Origin: an uncultured bacterium
Lineage (GTDB): Bacteria; Omnitrophota; Omnitrophia; Omnitrophales; Aquincolibacteriaceae
Direction of reading: 5' to 3'
Assembly (NCBI GenBank): GCA_964606385.1
Contig: CAZSFZ010000007.1
Coordinates: forward strand, 6,688-70,687
DNA: 64,000 nucleotides
The notes under the pieces were generated by a model that saw only the letters and a program-made list of their open reading frames with translations, was not told the origin of the DNA and ran no database searches. How positions within the stretch are numbered: position 1 is the stretch's first letter; each line of letters begins with the position of its first letter. Shown in pieces: positions 61,443 to 64,000 of this stretch. The position numbers and the translations under genes were made by a program.

Positions 61443-62759
61443 ATGATCAGAAAAATCGCTATTTCTCTTTGCGCGGGACTATTTGTCTTCGCCGTTGTCG
61501 CTTACGGCGAGGAGCAGAAAACCGACCTTTACGCGCCTGAATATACCAAACCCCTCGCACCGGAACCTCTTAAAGGTTTTTTTTCGAGGGCCATCGAGCT
61601 TCCGTTCAAGCTGGTGAAGTGGCCCATGGACAAGGGGATCATCTTCACCGAGAACCATCGGCTTGATAAAAAAACCATCTGGATCTACGAAGAGTCCCTA
61701 AGGCGCGGGCTGAAGCCGCTTTTTGGGTTTTCGGACCTGAGCATGCTCCCGTATTACGGAGCCGAACTTAATCTTTTGACCATTGCCCGCCAGCAGGAAA
61801 AACATCCGGATCTGTTCGCCACAGCGACCATTCTTCATTGCCCCACTGTTTTTTTTATGGTGGGTTCCGAAATGGGGGCCCAGAGGATCGCCGGCACGGG
61901 ACTTCACGCCAAAGGTTTTTTTGGCTACAGCCGCGATGAGAAGGAGCCTTTTTATGGGATCGGGCCTCATACAAGCCGCGGGGACAGCACCTCCTACAGG
62001 ATCGAGGCGACCCGGGTCGGCGCGGCCGCCGGTTACGAGTTTTCTCCCACGGTCGACCTGGAAGGAAGTTTTGATTACCGGCATGTGAATATCCTGAACA
62101 GGGCCCATGACGGCAAAGGGGACATCCGCACGATCTTCGCGGAGCAGGACATCCCCGGGACCGGCGGGGATGATATGCTGGATTACGCCGTGAAACTGAC
62201 ACGGGATACCCGGGACAGCAAAGACGACGCGACGAAGGGGAGCTATCAAAAACTGCTTTTCCAGTACACGGACGGCGTGAACGATTCCTCCGCCAACTAT
62301 TTTAAATACCAGATCGATGTGGCGAAATACTTTCGTTTGGGTTCCCCGCGCCGCGTTCTGATCACGCGTCTTTTTGCCGAGCACAATCAAACGATTGATC
62401 ATGGTAATACCCCGTTTTATGACCTGGCCAAAATGGGGGGCGCTGGAACGAACATCCGGGACAGCGAAACAGCCCGGGCTTTTGTGTATAACCGCTTCTA
62501 CGGGCAAAGCCTTTTGCTTTTGAACCTCGAATACCGTTATACGGTCATGGAGTACAAACAATTCAAGCTTAAAACGGCTTTTTTTAACGATCTCGGCGAG
62601 GTGTTCGGCAAGATTCATCAGTTCCGCTTGAAGGATCTTCGCGAGTCCTACGGCATCGGGTTTTATCTGAGCTATTCCCAGAACTCGCTTTTGAATTTTG
62701 CGATCGCTCACGGTGACGAGGGCACGCAGTTCTATATCAAGAACAAGCTGGCCTTCTAG
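61443..62759 (+). CDS. Outer-membrane beta-barrel protein (Omp85 / bacterial-surface-antigen-like C-terminal barrel).
   Basis: Signal peptide, alternating beta-strand pattern, and a C-terminal ...YIKNKLAF ending in Phe. Confidence 0.5.
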   Translation: MIRKIAISLCAGLFVFAVVAYGEEQKTDLYAPEYTKPLAPEPLKGFFSRAIELPFKLVKWPMDKGIIFTENHRLDKKTIWIYEESLRRGLKPLFGFSDLSMLPYYGAELNLLTIARQQEKHPDLFATATILHCPTVFFMVGSEMGAQRIAGTGLHAKGFFGYSRDEKEPFYGIGPHTSRGDSTSYRIEATRVGAAAGYEFSPTVDLEGSFDYRHVNILNRAHDGKGDIRTIFAEQDIPGTGGDDMLDYAVKLTRDTRDSKDDATKGSYQKLLFQYTDGVNDSSANYFKYQIDVAKYFRLGSPRRVLITRLFAEHNQTIDHGNTPFYDLAKMGGAGTNIRDSETARAFVYNRFYGQSLLLLNLEYRYTVMEYKQFKLKTAFFNDLGEVFGKIHQFRLKDLRESYGIGFYLSYSQNSLLNFAIAHGDEGTQFYIKNKLAF

Positions 62760-62769
62760 GATGGTTTTT

Positions 62770-64000
62770 ATGAGAAAAGGATCAAAAAAAACGAGCTGGA
62801 TCCGGGACGTGTTGATACCCGTATTCCTTGGCGGGTGTATGTTGGGCTTCGTTCCGACGGCGCCAGCCCAGGAAACGGTCAAGTTTAAAGAGAGCGAATC
62901 GTCGTTCTATAGCGATCTTTTTGACCAGAATATTTATAACGAAGGCGTCAACCAGCTGGATCTGGGGCGGTGGCAAAGGAAACTCTTCAGGAAAAAGATT
63001 CCCTCCAAGAACATAAATATTTTTGATGAAGTGCCGGATTCGGGGTTTTTTGTGAACCGGCACGGTCGTGAACGGCTTTCTTCAGAGGTGCTGGAAAAAG
63101 GATACCGGGAAAACGCCGGTCCCGAGGTAAGCCAGCCGTTACGGGTCATGGCCGCGGAACAGAGGGGGATTTACCCGCGGTTCTGGGTCCGGGACGCGCG
63201 CGGAGATGAATACCTGCTGGAATTCGACCCTCAAGGCAGCCTGGAGCTTGTCACGGGGGCCGAAGTCGTTGCCAGCCGGTTCTATTACGCTTTGGGATAT
63301 TACGTGCCCCAATTCACGATTCTTAAGGTCCCGTATGACCAATTTCAAGTGGATCCCAAAGCCACCGCTTGGGAAGAAACGGGTTTCAGGAAACCGCTCA
63401 GTCAAAAACGTCTGGAAGAATACCTGATGGTTCTGCCGCAGGACGAGAACGGTTTGTACCGTGCCTCCGCGTGCAAGATGATGAAGGGCGGGTATCACGG
63501 GAACTTCAGTTTCGAATCTCGCCGCGAAGATGATCCCGAGGATATCGTCAATCACCGGGACCGCCGCGAGATACGTGCTCTTGGGGTCTTCGCGTCCTGG
63601 CTTAACCATTTTGATCTTCGGGAAAGCAACACCCTGGAAATCTCGGTCGAGGAGAACGGCAAAACCTCGCTCAAGCACTACCTGTTCGATTTCAACGGGG
63701 CACTGGGGGCCACCCAGGAGGGTCCCAAGGAGCCGATGCTGGGTTATGAGTACCAGGTGGATTATGGGGGAACATTCAAAACAATGCTGGGGCTGGGGTT
63801 TCGCGAAAAGCCTTGGCAGAAAAAATGGCGGCTTTCGGGAGAAAAGATCCAAGGGTCGCCCGCGGTGGGTTATTTTACGAACGAGCTTTTTGATTCCGCC
63901 CAATATAAAACCCAGTTCCCTTACGAAACCTTCCGACTCGTAACGCGTGCCGACGGACTTTGGGCCGCCAAGCTCCTCCTGAGCTTTTCGGATGACGATA
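62770..64000 (+). CDS. Hypothetical lipoprotein. Partial: it runs off the window end.
   Basis: An open frame with no stop from ATG 62770 (or 62761) to 64000. Lipobox-like FLGGC. It is not in the ORF track because it is incomplete. Confidence 0.5.
   Translation, partial: MRKGSKKTSWIRDVLIPVFLGGCMLGFVPTAPAQETVKFKESESSFYSDLFDQNIYNEGVNQLDLGRWQRKLFRKKIPSKNINIFDEVPDSGFFVNRHGRERLSSEVLEKGYRENAGPEVSQPLRVMAAEQRGIYPRFWVRDARGDEYLLEFDPQGSLELVTGAEVVASRFYYALGYYVPQFTILKVPYDQFQVDPKATAWEETGFRKPLSQKRLEEYLMVLPQDENGLYRASACKMMKGGYHGNFSFESRREDDPEDIVNHRDRREIRALGVFASWLNHFDLRESNTLEISVEENGKTSLKHYLFDFNGALGATQEGPKEPMLGYEYQVDYGGTFKTMLGLGFREKPWQKKWRLSGEKIQGSPAVGYFTNELFDSAQYKTQFPYETFRLVTRADGLWAAKLLLSFSDDD

Overview
This window covers the chromosomal replication-origin neighbourhood of a moderately GC-rich bacterium. 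No CRISPR array, integrase, transposase or phage gene was found. All calls come from reading the six-frame translations and the DNA by eye; nothing was searched or computed.

Gene orientation switches at about 23.8-24.15 kb. Everything to the left is on the minus strand and everything to the right is on the plus strand. The AT-rich switch region between dnaA and rpmH carries a perfect DnaA box (TTATCCACA), so it is the probable oriC.

Left arm, minus strand: dnaA, dnaN, a DUF721/DciA-like gene in the slot recF usually occupies, gyrB, gyrA, serS, two tRNA-Ser genes, a SIMPL-family gene and rtcB. Below rtcB sits a tightly packed eight-gene operon (about 97-11730) with:
- four radical-SAM/SPASM enzymes, one of them fused to a GT2 glycosyltransferase
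- a B12-binding radical-SAM enzyme
- an amine-oxidase/Glf-like FAD oxidoreductase
- two large polytopic, GT-C-like membrane proteins

This operon has no visible precursor peptide. I read it as the most likely previously undescribed system in the window: a glycan or lipid tailoring pathway driven by radical-SAM chemistry.

Right arm, plus strand: rpmH-rnpA-yidD-yidC-mnmG, then two perfect parS palindromes upstream of parA-parB. After that come a sugar-binding protein, a GH94 phosphorylase, a secreted glycosidase-like protein and a ROK regulator. Next is a biotin operon (bioB-SDR-KAS-bioF-HExxH protein-bioA-bioD) that carries its own FabG-like and FabF-like genes and lacks bioC/bioH. It is followed by a partial Rnf-like module (RnfC, RnfD and two small membrane proteins), pilT, polA, coaE, rho, rpmE, prfA, prmC, murA, rpsP, trmD, rplS, rnhB, yraN, an Omp85-like outer-membrane protein and a partial lipoprotein running off the window end.

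Other points: a GC-rich palindromic motif (CACGGGCCACG / CGTGGCCCGTG) recurs in three intergenic spots, and a strong promoter with a 5' hairpin lies in the 218-bp pilT-polA spacer.
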